Positions 24,453 through 33,665 of a DNA stretch of 50,910 nucleotides are shown piece after piece (position 1 is the stretch's first letter; each line of letters begins with the position of its first letter). Where the stretch lies: IMG/VR virus record IMGVR_UViG_3300033475_000035; one strand, 5' to 3'. Under the pieces are notes generated by a model. It was not told the origin of the DNA. It did not search any database and saw only the letters and a list, made by a program, of their open reading frames with translations. Origin of the DNA: a virus. Both the position numbers and the translations under genes were made by a program.

Positions 24453-24893
24453 ATGTCAACTAAAGATTTACATACTAGAATTTTTCCTGGTACCTCTTAT
24501 GGTACTCAAGCATTGGCTTTAAATCCAACTGCAATCACTACTGACACAGCAACCGCTGGCGCAACAGTAGATACGCAATTGTTTGAAGGCTTAGAGTTCT
24601 TTGTTTTTGCAACAGCACGAACAGACGGTACTTTTACACCTTCTCTTCAAGATTCTGATGATGGCGTTAACTGGACAGCCGTAGATCCAAAATGGGTACT
24701 CGGTACTTCAGCTGCACAAGCAATTACCGCAGCTCATGTTCCTTCTTGGCTCGGATATGTTGGTAAGCACCGCTATGTACGCTTAGTAATTACATCTACT
24801 AACGTTACATCTGGCGCTACTTTAACTGCAGTTTGCGGTCAATACTGGCCTCATTTTGCTCCAACTGACTCTACATTTGTTCCTGTTAATTAA
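24453..24893 (+). CDS. Hypothetical virion-associated protein downstream of the capsid gene
   Basis: GAGG RBS. Distant resemblance to 41215-41577. Confidence 0.6.
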   Translation: MSTKDLHTRIFPGTSYGTQALALNPTAITTDTATAGATVDTQLFEGLEFFVFATARTDGTFTPSLQDSDDGVNWTAVDPKWVLGTSAAQAITAAHVPSWLGYVGKHRYVRLVITSTNVTSGATLTAVCGQYWPHFAPTDSTFVPVN

Positions 24894-24900
24894 TAAATAT

Positions 24901-24925
24901 TCCCCCTTCCCTTAAAGAAGGGGGA
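24901..24925 (+). terminator. GC-rich 9-bp hairpin after the capsid gene block
   Basis: TCCCCCTTC ccttaaa GAAGGGGGA. Confidence 0.45.
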
Positions 24926-24940
24926 TATATAGGACTAAAA

Positions 24941-25195
24941 ATGAAATCAGTTAAATGTTTAAAAGATTTTAGGTGGATGTTCCGGGACAAGATTAAATCT
25001 TTTTCCCGTGGGCAGATTATAGATTCTCTTCCAAATTATGTGGCAGCAGAAATGGTTAATCATCACTATGCGGAATATGTTGAACAAGATATTCCTGTAT
25101 ATGAAGAAAAAATGCTGGAAGAAAAAGTAGAGAACAAAATGCTTTCTCCTAAGAAAAAAACTAAGGAAAAGCAAAAAGATGATGACAAGGAATAA
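24941..25195 (+). CDS. Hypothetical protein with a Lys/Glu-rich tail
   Basis: ORF in the head-tail joining region. Confidence 0.5.
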   Translation: MKSVKCLKDFRWMFRDKIKSFSRGQIIDSLPNYVAAEMVNHHYAEYVEQDIPVYEEKMLEEKVENKMLSPKKKTKEKQKDDDKE

Positions 25196-25201
25196 TTAAC
25201 A

Positions 25202-26080
25202 ATGGGTAGCTCTTTGTTGTGGCCCCTGGCTTATCCACAAGCACTGCAAAAAGCTTATCCCTATATTGTTACGGTTCCTGCTGTAGGTACGGCATTGCCG
25301 CTTTATTTAGTAAAGCAACATTTGCGATTAAATACTGTTACAAACTTCCTTGTACCAATTAATGGCACCGTGGCTGTTACTAACAACAGCACAAACGTAA
25401 CTGGAACGAACACAGTTTTTACTCAGCAATTATCTGCTGGGCAGAATATCCAGATTAATAATGTGCAATATATGGTTGGCGCTGTAATTAGTAACACTCA
25501 ATTTACATTGGCCACAGCATATGCAGGCGTTACAGCATCAGGATTAAGTGTCATTGTAGATCCAGAAGATTTATATCTAATTGATTTGATGTATGCAGTT
25601 CAAGAATATGCAGAAAAAATAACACGAAGAACTTTCTTGAATACAACATTCCAAACATATAGAGACCAATTTGATTTTGAGTCCACGACATTAAGACGTT
25701 CAAGGCTTCAACAATTAATTTCCGTTGAAGGGCTCGTGGAAGGAATATGGAATGTAGTAGATCCAAGTTTTTACTATACAGACCATCAAAATGATTACAG
25801 CTCTTTATATTTACAGCCCGGGCAAAGTTGGCCATTTTCAACACCAACCTATGTTTTCCAGTCTGTAAGAATTACTTTCATTGCTGGTTATGGCACCAGT
25901 TACACAGCAATTCCCATGGAATTAAGAACCGCAATGCTACATCACATTGCAGATATGTATATGAATAGAGGTGATTGCTCAAATTGTGGATGTGCGCTAC
26001 CTCCACAGAGCAACGCTGCTTACCGTGCATACAGAATTATTGATATCACTGGCGAAGATTATTCTGCGAGATATGGGTAA
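25202..26080 (+). CDS. Head-tail connector (gp6-like) with an inserted module of about 62 aa
   Basis: LVKQHLRLN ... DLYLIDLMYAVQEYAEKITRRTF is the gp6-like pattern. The insert at aa 55-116 is shared with the tail fibre at 42702-45644. Confidence 0.7.
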   Translation: MGSSLLWPLAYPQALQKAYPYIVTVPAVGTALPLYLVKQHLRLNTVTNFLVPINGTVAVTNNSTNVTGTNTVFTQQLSAGQNIQINNVQYMVGAVISNTQFTLATAYAGVTASGLSVIVDPEDLYLIDLMYAVQEYAEKITRRTFLNTTFQTYRDQFDFESTTLRRSRLQQLISVEGLVEGIWNVVDPSFYYTDHQNDYSSLYLQPGQSWPFSTPTYVFQSVRITFIAGYGTSYTAIPMELRTAMLHHIADMYMNRGDCSNCGCALPPQSNAAYRAYRIIDITGEDYSARYG

Positions 26081-26481
26081 TGGTTAAATGCGTCCAATTA
26101 GTCGATAAAAAAACACAGGTATGTGCGGGCTCATTAAACAAGCTAATTACATTGGAAACAAGAAGTATTACACCGCCCTTATCAGGCACTGTTGACTTGG
26201 GTGAATCATTTAGCACGGTTATTAATTGCTATGCCATGGTGGTTCAAACAAGAGGCGAACAGATTTTTAATGGCGTAGATATTGTAGGTATTGCAACACA
26301 TGATTGGTATATCAGATATATACCCAACGTTACCTTTGAGAACTGGATTAAATATTCTTGGGATGGGAAAACACAGTATTTTCGAATACTAGATGTCATA
26401 AATTACGAAGAAAAAGGCATTTTCTACCAATTCAAGTGTGAAAAACGTGGAGATGTCGAATTACCGGCAAACTGGGCTTAA
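26080..26481 (+). CDS. Head closure / head-tail adaptor protein
   Basis: LNKLITLE....YAMV...RGEQ....THDWYIRY pattern and position. Confidence 0.7.
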   Translation: MVKCVQLVDKKTQVCAGSLNKLITLETRSITPPLSGTVDLGESFSTVINCYAMVVQTRGEQIFNGVDIVGIATHDWYIRYIPNVTFENWIKYSWDGKTQYFRILDVINYEEKGIFYQFKCEKRGDVELPANWA

Positions 26482-26483
26482 AA

Positions 26484-26936
26484 ATGTTGTACGTAAGAAA
26501 TCCTACAAATAATGGAAAAATTTTTGAAGACCTGAGAACCCATGAAGAAAAAATAAAAAATGGTATCAGGAAAGCTTATTACCGAATGGGTAAGCAATGC
26601 ACGAAAGATGCGCGTGAGAGTATTTTGCAAGGACCAAAGACAGGTCGGATTTATTACATAAAAAAAGGAAGCAGAACATATAAGCATCAAGCTTCTGCTC
26701 CTGGTGAACCACCCGCTAATTTAACGGGAAGACTTAGAAAGAGTATTGATTTTGAAGTGCGAAGCTTCCGTCAATTAGAGTTCGGCGCCAATACGCCATA
26801 TGCAGCTGCATTGGAACTTGGAAGCCCACAAAGAAAATTATTGCCACGCCCTTATTTAGTGCGTGCTTTAGATAAGAATCATAAGAATTTCCATAATTTT
26901 TTAGCTAGTGAGATGGAGAAGTCCTTAGGAATATGA
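26484..26936 (+). CDS. HK97 gp10-like tail-completion/neck protein
   Basis: SAPGEPPANLTGRLRKSI...YAAALELG. Confidence 0.75.
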   Translation: MLYVRNPTNNGKIFEDLRTHEEKIKNGIRKAYYRMGKQCTKDARESILQGPKTGRIYYIKKGSRTYKHQASAPGEPPANLTGRLRKSIDFEVRSFRQLEFGANTPYAAALELGSPQRKLLPRPYLVRALDKNHKNFHNFLASEMEKSLGI

Positions 26937-28024
26937 AAATAGAACCGGTTATATTATGGTTGCAGCAAAACCTGCCTTTATATACGAGTCTTTTTAGTGA
27001 CACGGTATCTGTTACGTCCTTAGAAAATAATAGTGGAATCGTTACAGCAACCACTTCATCTGCTCATAATTTTGTAAATGGTCAATTAATCAATATTGGT
27101 GGAGCATTTGTTCCAAATAATCTGGTTTCTCTGACGCGAGTGAATAATATTGGTTATGGAACCACACAAACGAATCACGATTTAACTCAAGGATGGCAGC
27201 CAAATATAACCATTTCCGGTGCGGACCAAGCTGAATATAACGGAACTTTCCCGTTATTAACTGTGCCCAATCGCAGGAATTTCTCATTCCAATTGCCTGA
27301 TGATTCAGCTCCCACTCCAGCGACGGGCACACCTCAATTAATTGAATTTAGACCTGCTGGATATAACGGGTATTTTCCTATTGTTGTTATTAGTCCCACG
27401 CAATTTTCATATGAGGCCCCAGTTGGTAATGAGTTAAATGCAACCGGGTCCATAGTTGCATCTTCAAATACCAGAATATCCGGTGCAGCAAGCATAGAAA
27501 GAGCGATTGATGCCTATACGAAGCAAGGTATCGACAGGATGTGGATGATTGTCGTTTCAGGGCCTACACGTGCTAATAATGACAGAAACACAAAGTCTGA
27601 CGCTACGGCTCAATTTAGTAAAACAGACCAGTACTGGCAAAGACTTATAGAGAGCCTCTCTGTGTATGTGATTTGTTCTACAACAAGTGGGATTACCGCT
27701 AGACGAGAAAGAGATTTGGTGGAAGACGAAGTCATGTATTCATTGCTTGAGGTCATGTGTGGAACGAAATTCACCAATAATTTTCCTGTGAATAAATGGG
27801 CAAGAATGGTTTTCGTTGGGCATGACATTTTTGAATATAACTCTTCTTACTATATCCATAAATTTGATTTTGAGACTCAAACTGACTTGTCATTTAACTT
27901 CTTATTACTGCCATTTACAACAGCATTCAGAGATATTTCTTTGAATTTCTTAGAAAACGATGAATTTGAGTCACCAACAATCATGACTGCGCATGTTGAT
28001 TTAGATGATGAACCATTGGAGTAA
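26933..28024 (+). CDS. Virion protein with internally repeated beta-modules, function unknown
   Basis: ISGADQAEYNGTFPLLTV..NFSFQLP is followed by GYNGYFPIVVISPTQFSYEAP. The module is shared with the baseplate J-like protein. Confidence 0.65.
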   Translation: MKIEPVILWLQQNLPLYTSLFSDTVSVTSLENNSGIVTATTSSAHNFVNGQLINIGGAFVPNNLVSLTRVNNIGYGTTQTNHDLTQGWQPNITISGADQAEYNGTFPLLTVPNRRNFSFQLPDDSAPTPATGTPQLIEFRPAGYNGYFPIVVISPTQFSYEAPVGNELNATGSIVASSNTRISGAASIERAIDAYTKQGIDRMWMIVVSGPTRANNDRNTKSDATAQFSKTDQYWQRLIESLSVYVICSTTSGITARRERDLVEDEVMYSLLEVMCGTKFTNNFPVNKWARMVFVGHDIFEYNSSYYIHKFDFETQTDLSFNFLLLPFTTAFRDISLNFLENDEFESPTIMTAHVDLDDEPLE

Positions 28025-28026
28025 TT

Positions 28027-28227
28027 ATGAACGCGATAAAAATTAAATTAAATCGAGATTTAAAAGGGGTTCCATGTGGAACAGTTCTAACTCTTGAGTT
28101 AGATCCATGGGGAAATATTAAAGACAGATTCTGGAGACGAAGACTAAGAGATAGCGCGCATGATGAATGTGTAGAAGTCGTTACAGAGAAAGAGAAGATC
28201 GTTAAGAAAGAGGAAACTAAATCATGA
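28027..28227 (+). CDS. Small basic protein
   Basis: GGAG RBS, overlapped by the sheath gene start. Confidence 0.5.
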   Translation: MNAIKIKLNRDLKGVPCGTVLTLELDPWGNIKDRFWRRRLRDSAHDECVEVVTEKEKIVKKEETKS

Positions 28228-29792
28228 GTACTATTGTATCAATGCCGATTACTAATATCGCTATTACTAGCGCTCCACAGGCTGCACAAAATCAAGACCA
28301 AAAGATTTTATTTCTTGGTCAGATGACAAGTGCCGGCACTGCACAACCTGGCATATTAATTGAAGATTTAGACAATGTGGGCTCATTTAACACCTTGTTT
28401 GGTGCTAACTCACATCTAGCTAATATGATTAGAGCCGCAAAATCAATTAACTCTATAACCCAAATGGATGTTATTCCTTTTAATGATGCAGATGAGGCCG
28501 TCGCAGCAACATCAACCCTGACATTTACAGGAACTGCAACTGCGGATGGGGTTTTAACCATAAACCTTGGCTCATCTTTTTATCATCAAGTTTCAGTGGC
28601 TATTTCTTCTGGCAATACCGCTACACAAGCCGCTGCAGCCGCAGTAGCAGCCATCAATGCTGATGCACAGGCCATGGTGACTGCATCCAACCTTGCTGGT
28701 GTTGTTACGATTACCGCTGTTAATGCTGGCACATTGGGTAATGAAATTGGATTGCAGGTTATTGGTGCTGTAGCTGGCATATCTTACACAATAACGATTA
28801 TGAGTGGTGGTGCTACAGATCCAGTCTTAACGGATGCTTTTGACCAAATCGCTAATATCCGATATCAAACAGTTGTTTATCCTTCTACATGGGATTTATC
28901 AACCATCCAAGCATTTATGGACCCTCGTTTTAATGCTGTAAATAAGATATTAGATGGCGAAGTAATTATTGTAAGAACCGATACTTATGCCAATCTGGTC
29001 ACCCTTGGTGAAGGATTGAATGATAAGAATATCAATATTACTGCCAATGCACTTGTAAATCCTGAGATTTACCCACAATATCCAGCTTATTTTGGTCCTT
29101 CAAAATTCGAATATAACGATGTTTTTGCAGCTGAAATTGCTGCTATTCGAGGACTCCGATTAACTGCTGGCGCTCCTATTTCTAATTTCGTGGTAGCCCC
29201 ATCAAATTTAGATTCTATCGGCGGCCCAGCTATTGCATCTCTTCCTTATTTTAATACACCGATGCAATTTATTCCTATTTCTACTGCTGGAACCGGATTT
29301 ACTGATGATGAAATTACTGGCCTTCTTGCAGCTGGTATATCAGTAGTTGGAGACAATCCACCATTAACCCAGTCAATCATGGGGCAAATGGTTACAACTT
29401 ACAAAACGGATGCGGCTGGTAATGATGATGTTACATTTAAATTCTTGGAGTATTTAGACACAGAATCAAATGTCCGTGAATTTTATTTCAATAATTTGAA
29501 ATCAAATTACTCTCAATGCCGTTTAACCGAAGGTGATTTAATCCCAGGTCGAAATATGGCTAATGCAGAAAGTATCGCAGCATACTGCGTTGGTTTATTT
29601 ACGACTTTATCTGGCGAAGACTACGTGTTAACACAAGCCGGACAGCAAGCCCTGTCATTTTATAAAAATAATCTGCAAGTTTCTTTAGATTTAAGCATTG
29701 GCCTGGTAACGATTTATATGGTCGTTCCTATCGTTACTCAATTACGACAAATCAATGCAACGATGCAGATAGCATTTTCAACTAACGGTTAA
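28224..29792 (+). CDS. Tail sheath protein
   Basis: 522 aa, immediately upstream of the tube, chaperone and tape-measure genes. Ala/Thr-rich insertion domain. Confidence 0.8.
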   Translation: MSTIVSMPITNIAITSAPQAAQNQDQKILFLGQMTSAGTAQPGILIEDLDNVGSFNTLFGANSHLANMIRAAKSINSITQMDVIPFNDADEAVAATSTLTFTGTATADGVLTINLGSSFYHQVSVAISSGNTATQAAAAAVAAINADAQAMVTASNLAGVVTITAVNAGTLGNEIGLQVIGAVAGISYTITIMSGGATDPVLTDAFDQIANIRYQTVVYPSTWDLSTIQAFMDPRFNAVNKILDGEVIIVRTDTYANLVTLGEGLNDKNINITANALVNPEIYPQYPAYFGPSKFEYNDVFAAEIAAIRGLRLTAGAPISNFVVAPSNLDSIGGPAIASLPYFNTPMQFIPISTAGTGFTDDEITGLLAAGISVVGDNPPLTQSIMGQMVTTYKTDAAGNDDVTFKFLEYLDTESNVREFYFNNLKSNYSQCRLTEGDLIPGRNMANAESIAAYCVGLFTTLSGEDYVLTQAGQQALSFYKNNLQVSLDLSIGLVTIYMVVPIVTQLRQINATMQIAFSTNG

Positions 29793-29806
29793 TAGGAGCT
29801 TTTAAA

Positions 29807-30193
29807 ATGGCAAATAATGTAGTATTAAGTAACCCGTCGATCGTGGTGAACAACGTTTCGGTGGGCGTTATCCCAAACTCAATCTCTTTCACAGAGGGAT
29901 TGGGTGAGCAACAAATTAGGACTTATTCGTCTGGCGGTGGCAACGTTCAAACGGCTTATGTTCAAAACCTTGAAACAGCCTATTCAATGGTTAAATTCTC
30001 ATTATTACCTACCGATGAGAACATTGCTTTAGCACGCGGTTGGAAAACAAATGGTGCTAATAATGTTGTAACCATGTCAGATGTTAATTTCACAAGAACA
30101 TTCTTACAAGCAGCCTTATTAAACAATTATGAAGTAAATACTTCCGCTGATGGCAATATTGATTTAGAATTTACCGCTCTAACGGCCGTATAA
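29807..30193 (+). CDS. Tail tube protein
   Basis: 128 aa between the sheath and chaperone genes. AGGAG RBS. Confidence 0.7.
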   Translation: MANNVVLSNPSIVVNNVSVGVIPNSISFTEGLGEQQIRTYSSGGGNVQTAYVQNLETAYSMVKFSLLPTDENIALARGWKTNGANNVVTMSDVNFTRTFLQAALLNNYEVNTSADGNIDLEFTALTAV

Positions 30194-30207
30194 TCTAAGA
30201 GGAATCT

Positions 30208-30657
30208 ATGAAATTACAAAAATCTTTTGAATATGAACTTCTGGTAAGCACCATTAAATATCAAAGGCAAAATGAAGGTATGCTGGAAGGAACAAAGCTC
30301 CTAATGATGGCTCCTAGCAATAAACAGCTTTCGTTATGCATTAAATTAAAGCAGTTTTTCTTGCAGGCAGCTCGGAAAGCAGGGGACTCTAAAGCTGAAA
30401 CTACCTCGACTCCTTCTAACTCAACAGAAGATTCTAAAATAGATGGCGAAGCAATTATGTTGATGCTGACTATGTCCGATATCAATGTTGGCGAATTAAT
30501 TGATTGTTTTAAGCAATTATTATTCTCTGGTATTTGTTTCGTTGATGGAAAAGAACCTTTTGTTGCATTTCATTATGAACAGATGGATATGCGAGATACC
30601 GAAATATTGCTAGGGGAATATATCAAGCATTTTTTGTTACCATCCCAGATGAAGTAG
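30208..30657 (+). CDS. Tail assembly chaperone (G-like, zero-frame product)
   Basis: Positioned just upstream of the tape-measure gene. AGAGG RBS. Confidence 0.75.
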   Translation: MKLQKSFEYELLVSTIKYQRQNEGMLEGTKLLMMAPSNKQLSLCIKLKQFFLQAARKAGDSKAETTSTPSNSTEDSKIDGEAIMLMLTMSDINVGELIDCFKQLLFSGICFVDGKEPFVAFHYEQMDMRDTEILLGEYIKHFLLPSQMK

Positions 30658-30818
30658 ATGAAGATGATATAGGACTGTTAATAGCTCGTTTAATGGTATT
30701 TTACAAAGGCGCAGTAAGTTATAAAGATTTAAACGAAATGCCATTTTATGAGCTATTAAGATTAAATAAGTACGCATCAAAGATAGCTAAAGAACAAGAG
30801 GCTGCACTAAAAAAATGA
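30208..30818 (+). CDS. Tail assembly chaperone frameshift product (GT-like; slip at 30630-30636)
   Basis: The -1 frame reads FFVTIPDEVDEDDIGLLIARLMVFYKGAVSYKDLNEMPFYELLRLNKYASKIAKEQEAALKK and ends overlapping the tape-measure ATG. This explains the otherwise empty 157-nt gap. Confidence 0.55.
30630..30636 (+). promoter_or_regulatory. Slippery heptamer T_TTT_TTG for a programmed -1 frameshift
   Basis: In-frame codons are cat ttt ttg. The -1 frame is open from here to TGA 30816-30818. Confidence 0.6.
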
Positions 30819-32428
30819 GCGATTTTAAAATATCGTATATTTATGAAGCTGTTGATAAGTTCTCACCGGTTATCAATGATGTCGTAAAGAAAATGGAGAA
30901 CGTAAACAAGCAGATTGATATACAAAATTCAAAAATAAATGTAATGAAGAACAATCTAGGTTCTTTATCATCTGCCTTATCAAGTGCTGGTACTGCATTA
31001 ACGGTGAAATTAACAGCCCCGCTTGTTGCAGCCAGCACTGCATTAGTAGCAGCCGCCGCTGATGTTGAAAAGATTACAGTTAGCTTTTATTCAATGCTAC
31101 ATAGTGTAGAAAAATCTCAGCAACTCTCAAAGCAATTACAAGCCTTCTCCGCAGAAAATGCCTTTAATTTTAACGAAATCCAACTTGCTACCAAAAATCT
31201 TATAAACGCAGGCGTTCCATTTGACCAGTTAATAGAAAAGTTAGCTATGCTGGGAGATATTTCTAAAGGCTCTTTGTACTCTATTGAAAGTTTAGGGCAG
31301 ATAGTGCAACGAACGGCAAGTAAGGGTGTATTGGGCTTGGAAGAGTTAAACAGGCTAGAGGATGCTAGTATTCCAATTACTAAAGAATTGGCAAAACTTT
31401 ATAACATGTCTGAAAAAGACATTCGAAAAGCCATCGGCAAGAATCAGATATCAAGTGCTGGATTTCAGGAGGGTCTGAGAAGGTTAACTACAGAAAGCGG
31501 TCCTTATTTCAACAAGTTAAAGCTTCAGGCCGATACTGTTAGTGGTGCCTTTGGCCAGCTAAAGGGCCAGATTTATTTATCGAGTGCCGCGATTGGCGAG
31601 CAGATAATGGAAGTCTCGGAGTTAAAACAAACTCTCGTGGCATTAAGGGTTAAATTAAAAGATATAACGGTAGCTATGGTTGAGTGGATGGAGCAAAACC
31701 CAGAGCTTACTAAATTAATAATAAAAATAGGATTGGTTGTCGCTGCTCTTGGTCCTGTCCTGATAGGTCTTTCACTAGTAGTGAAAACGGTGAGAATGGC
31801 TACAGTGGCTGTAATAGCGCTAGGTGTGGCATTTAAAGCTCTTTTAAGAAATCCTATCGTTTTGATTTTAACATTAATTGGGGCTTTACTCATTTATCTG
31901 TATCAAAACTCTGAAGACTTCCGTAATTCTGCAAATGCTTTATTCAAGGTTCTTTATATTGGATTTAAAAGCGTATTTGATTTTGTAACGAAATATCAAA
32001 AAGAGATAATGGCATTCTTCGATGCGGTATGGACCGTTGTTATGGCTCCTTTAGAGGCGGCATTGTTTGTTATTAGAACATTAGCTAACGCGCTGCGTGG
32101 GGTTTTTGGTTTATTAACGGGAGCTAATAAAGACTCGGAACAGATTGTTAATAAAGCCAAGAAGATTTCAGCACAAAATCCAGTTTTTGTTAATGAAGTT
32201 AACGCTATGATGGCGCAGGGTCGTGGATTCTCTGTGTCAGAGCAGATAAAATCAAATGCCACGAATTCTTCTATAAATAAACCTGTTGAAGTAAATTCTG
32301 GGGCAAGTATTGATATTAATATAAAAGACCCTGCCAAACTTGTTGAATCAACCAAAACAACTAATAAAAATGCTGACCGTTTAAAAATTAACACGGGCTC
32401 CAATATGCAAATGCAAGGAGCATATTAG
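30815..32428 (+). CDS. Tape measure protein
   Basis: 537 aa with helical, Ala/Leu-rich and hydrophobic segments, in the canonical position. Confidence 0.85.
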   Translation: MSDFKISYIYEAVDKFSPVINDVVKKMENVNKQIDIQNSKINVMKNNLGSLSSALSSAGTALTVKLTAPLVAASTALVAAAADVEKITVSFYSMLHSVEKSQQLSKQLQAFSAENAFNFNEIQLATKNLINAGVPFDQLIEKLAMLGDISKGSLYSIESLGQIVQRTASKGVLGLEELNRLEDASIPITKELAKLYNMSEKDIRKAIGKNQISSAGFQEGLRRLTTESGPYFNKLKLQADTVSGAFGQLKGQIYLSSAAIGEQIMEVSELKQTLVALRVKLKDITVAMVEWMEQNPELTKLIIKIGLVVAALGPVLIGLSLVVKTVRMATVAVIALGVAFKALLRNPIVLILTLIGALLIYLYQNSEDFRNSANALFKVLYIGFKSVFDFVTKYQKEIMAFFDAVWTVVMAPLEAALFVIRTLANALRGVFGLLTGANKDSEQIVNKAKKISAQNPVFVNEVNAMMAQGRGFSVSEQIKSNATNSSINKPVEVNSGASIDINIKDPAKLVESTKTTNKNADRLKINTGSNMQMQGAY

Positions 32429-32429
32429 A

Positions 32430-33665
32430 ATGACGCTATCACCATCTACATTACAACAAGCTTCCTTTAAAGGCGCTAACTTTTTAGTGGACGAAGCGGA
32501 ATATATCAGTGGCAGAAAAGTAGCGATATTTGAATATCCCAATCAAGACACGCGAAACGTAGAAGATTTAGGGTTACTCCCTCCCATTATTGAAATTAAT
32601 GGAATTATAACTGGCGATAATTATTATGCGGCTAGAGATGCCTTGATTGCCGCATTAACATCCCCTGGTTCAGGAGAATTAGTGCATCCTTTCTATGGGC
32701 AGATGACGGTGACCGCAGATCCATTCAGACTAAGGGAGTCCATGACGAATTTTGGGGCTGCCTTATTCCGTATGACATTTTATACGTCTTCTGCATTACC
32801 CCAGCCATCATTGGCTAATAATTCATTGCCCCAGATTGGCAGATTATCTGAGCAGCTACAAGGCGGCATTTTGGATGATTTTGAATCAATTTATGATTTG
32901 ATATATAACGCCCAACAAAACTATTCGGCTGCATTATCAAAGATGAACTCTTTTGTCGCTACACTTAATCGACTAACATTTGGCGCAATTGGTAATCTCA
33001 GTGAATTAAATGAATTTACATCAGGGCTTAACAACTTTTCTGCTAATTTAACGCAATATGTTGGGGATGCGACATCATTAGGTTCGCAAACGCAAGGTGT
33101 TTTGACTTCACTGAATAACATATCCAGTACGCCATCTACACAATATTCTATTAATTCCCAGCTATTCTCATTCGGCAGTGATGATGTGCCTATATCAATC
33201 CCTCCGCAAGTAAATTCACTACAATCTAGCAGCAATTCAGCTTATTATATTCGAGAGGAAAGACTAAGGAATAATTATTCTATAAACAATTTGGTAAATG
33301 TTTCAGTTATTGCAAATGCTTATGTAAATGCCTCATTGATGACCTATCAAAGCCAAGATGAAATAGATACCATACAGGCGCAGTTAGAAGAGCAGTATCA
33401 ATTTATTATAAATAGCACGGGAATATCGCCTGATACAATAGGATTGCTAGAAGATTTGAGATTACAAGTTACTTATTTATTAGAGAAATTAAGCGTTAAT
33501 GTTAACAGGGTTATCTCTATTTATACTCCAACCATTCCGTTGACAATCTTAACTTATAACTATTATGGAAGCTTAGATGATAGAGAACCCTTATCCATAC
33601 TTAATCAATTGTATAATCCCGCACTTACCTCCGGGGATATTAATATATTCACGGGTGAAGAATGA
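32430..33665 (+). CDS. Mu gp43-like DNA circulation / baseplate hub-associated protein
   Basis: N-terminus LQQASFKGANFLVDEAEYISGRKVAIFEYPNQDTRNVEDLG matches the DNA_circ_N pattern (ASFRG..F......GRR...HEYP..D....EDLG). Confidence 0.8.
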   Translation: MTLSPSTLQQASFKGANFLVDEAEYISGRKVAIFEYPNQDTRNVEDLGLLPPIIEINGIITGDNYYAARDALIAALTSPGSGELVHPFYGQMTVTADPFRLRESMTNFGAALFRMTFYTSSALPQPSLANNSLPQIGRLSEQLQGGILDDFESIYDLIYNAQQNYSAALSKMNSFVATLNRLTFGAIGNLSELNEFTSGLNNFSANLTQYVGDATSLGSQTQGVLTSLNNISSTPSTQYSINSQLFSFGSDDVPISIPPQVNSLQSSSNSAYYIREERLRNNYSINNLVNVSVIANAYVNASLMTYQSQDEIDTIQAQLEEQYQFIINSTGISPDTIGLLEDLRLQVTYLLEKLSVNVNRVISIYTPTIPLTILTYNYYGSLDDREPLSILNQLYNPALTSGDINIFTGEE

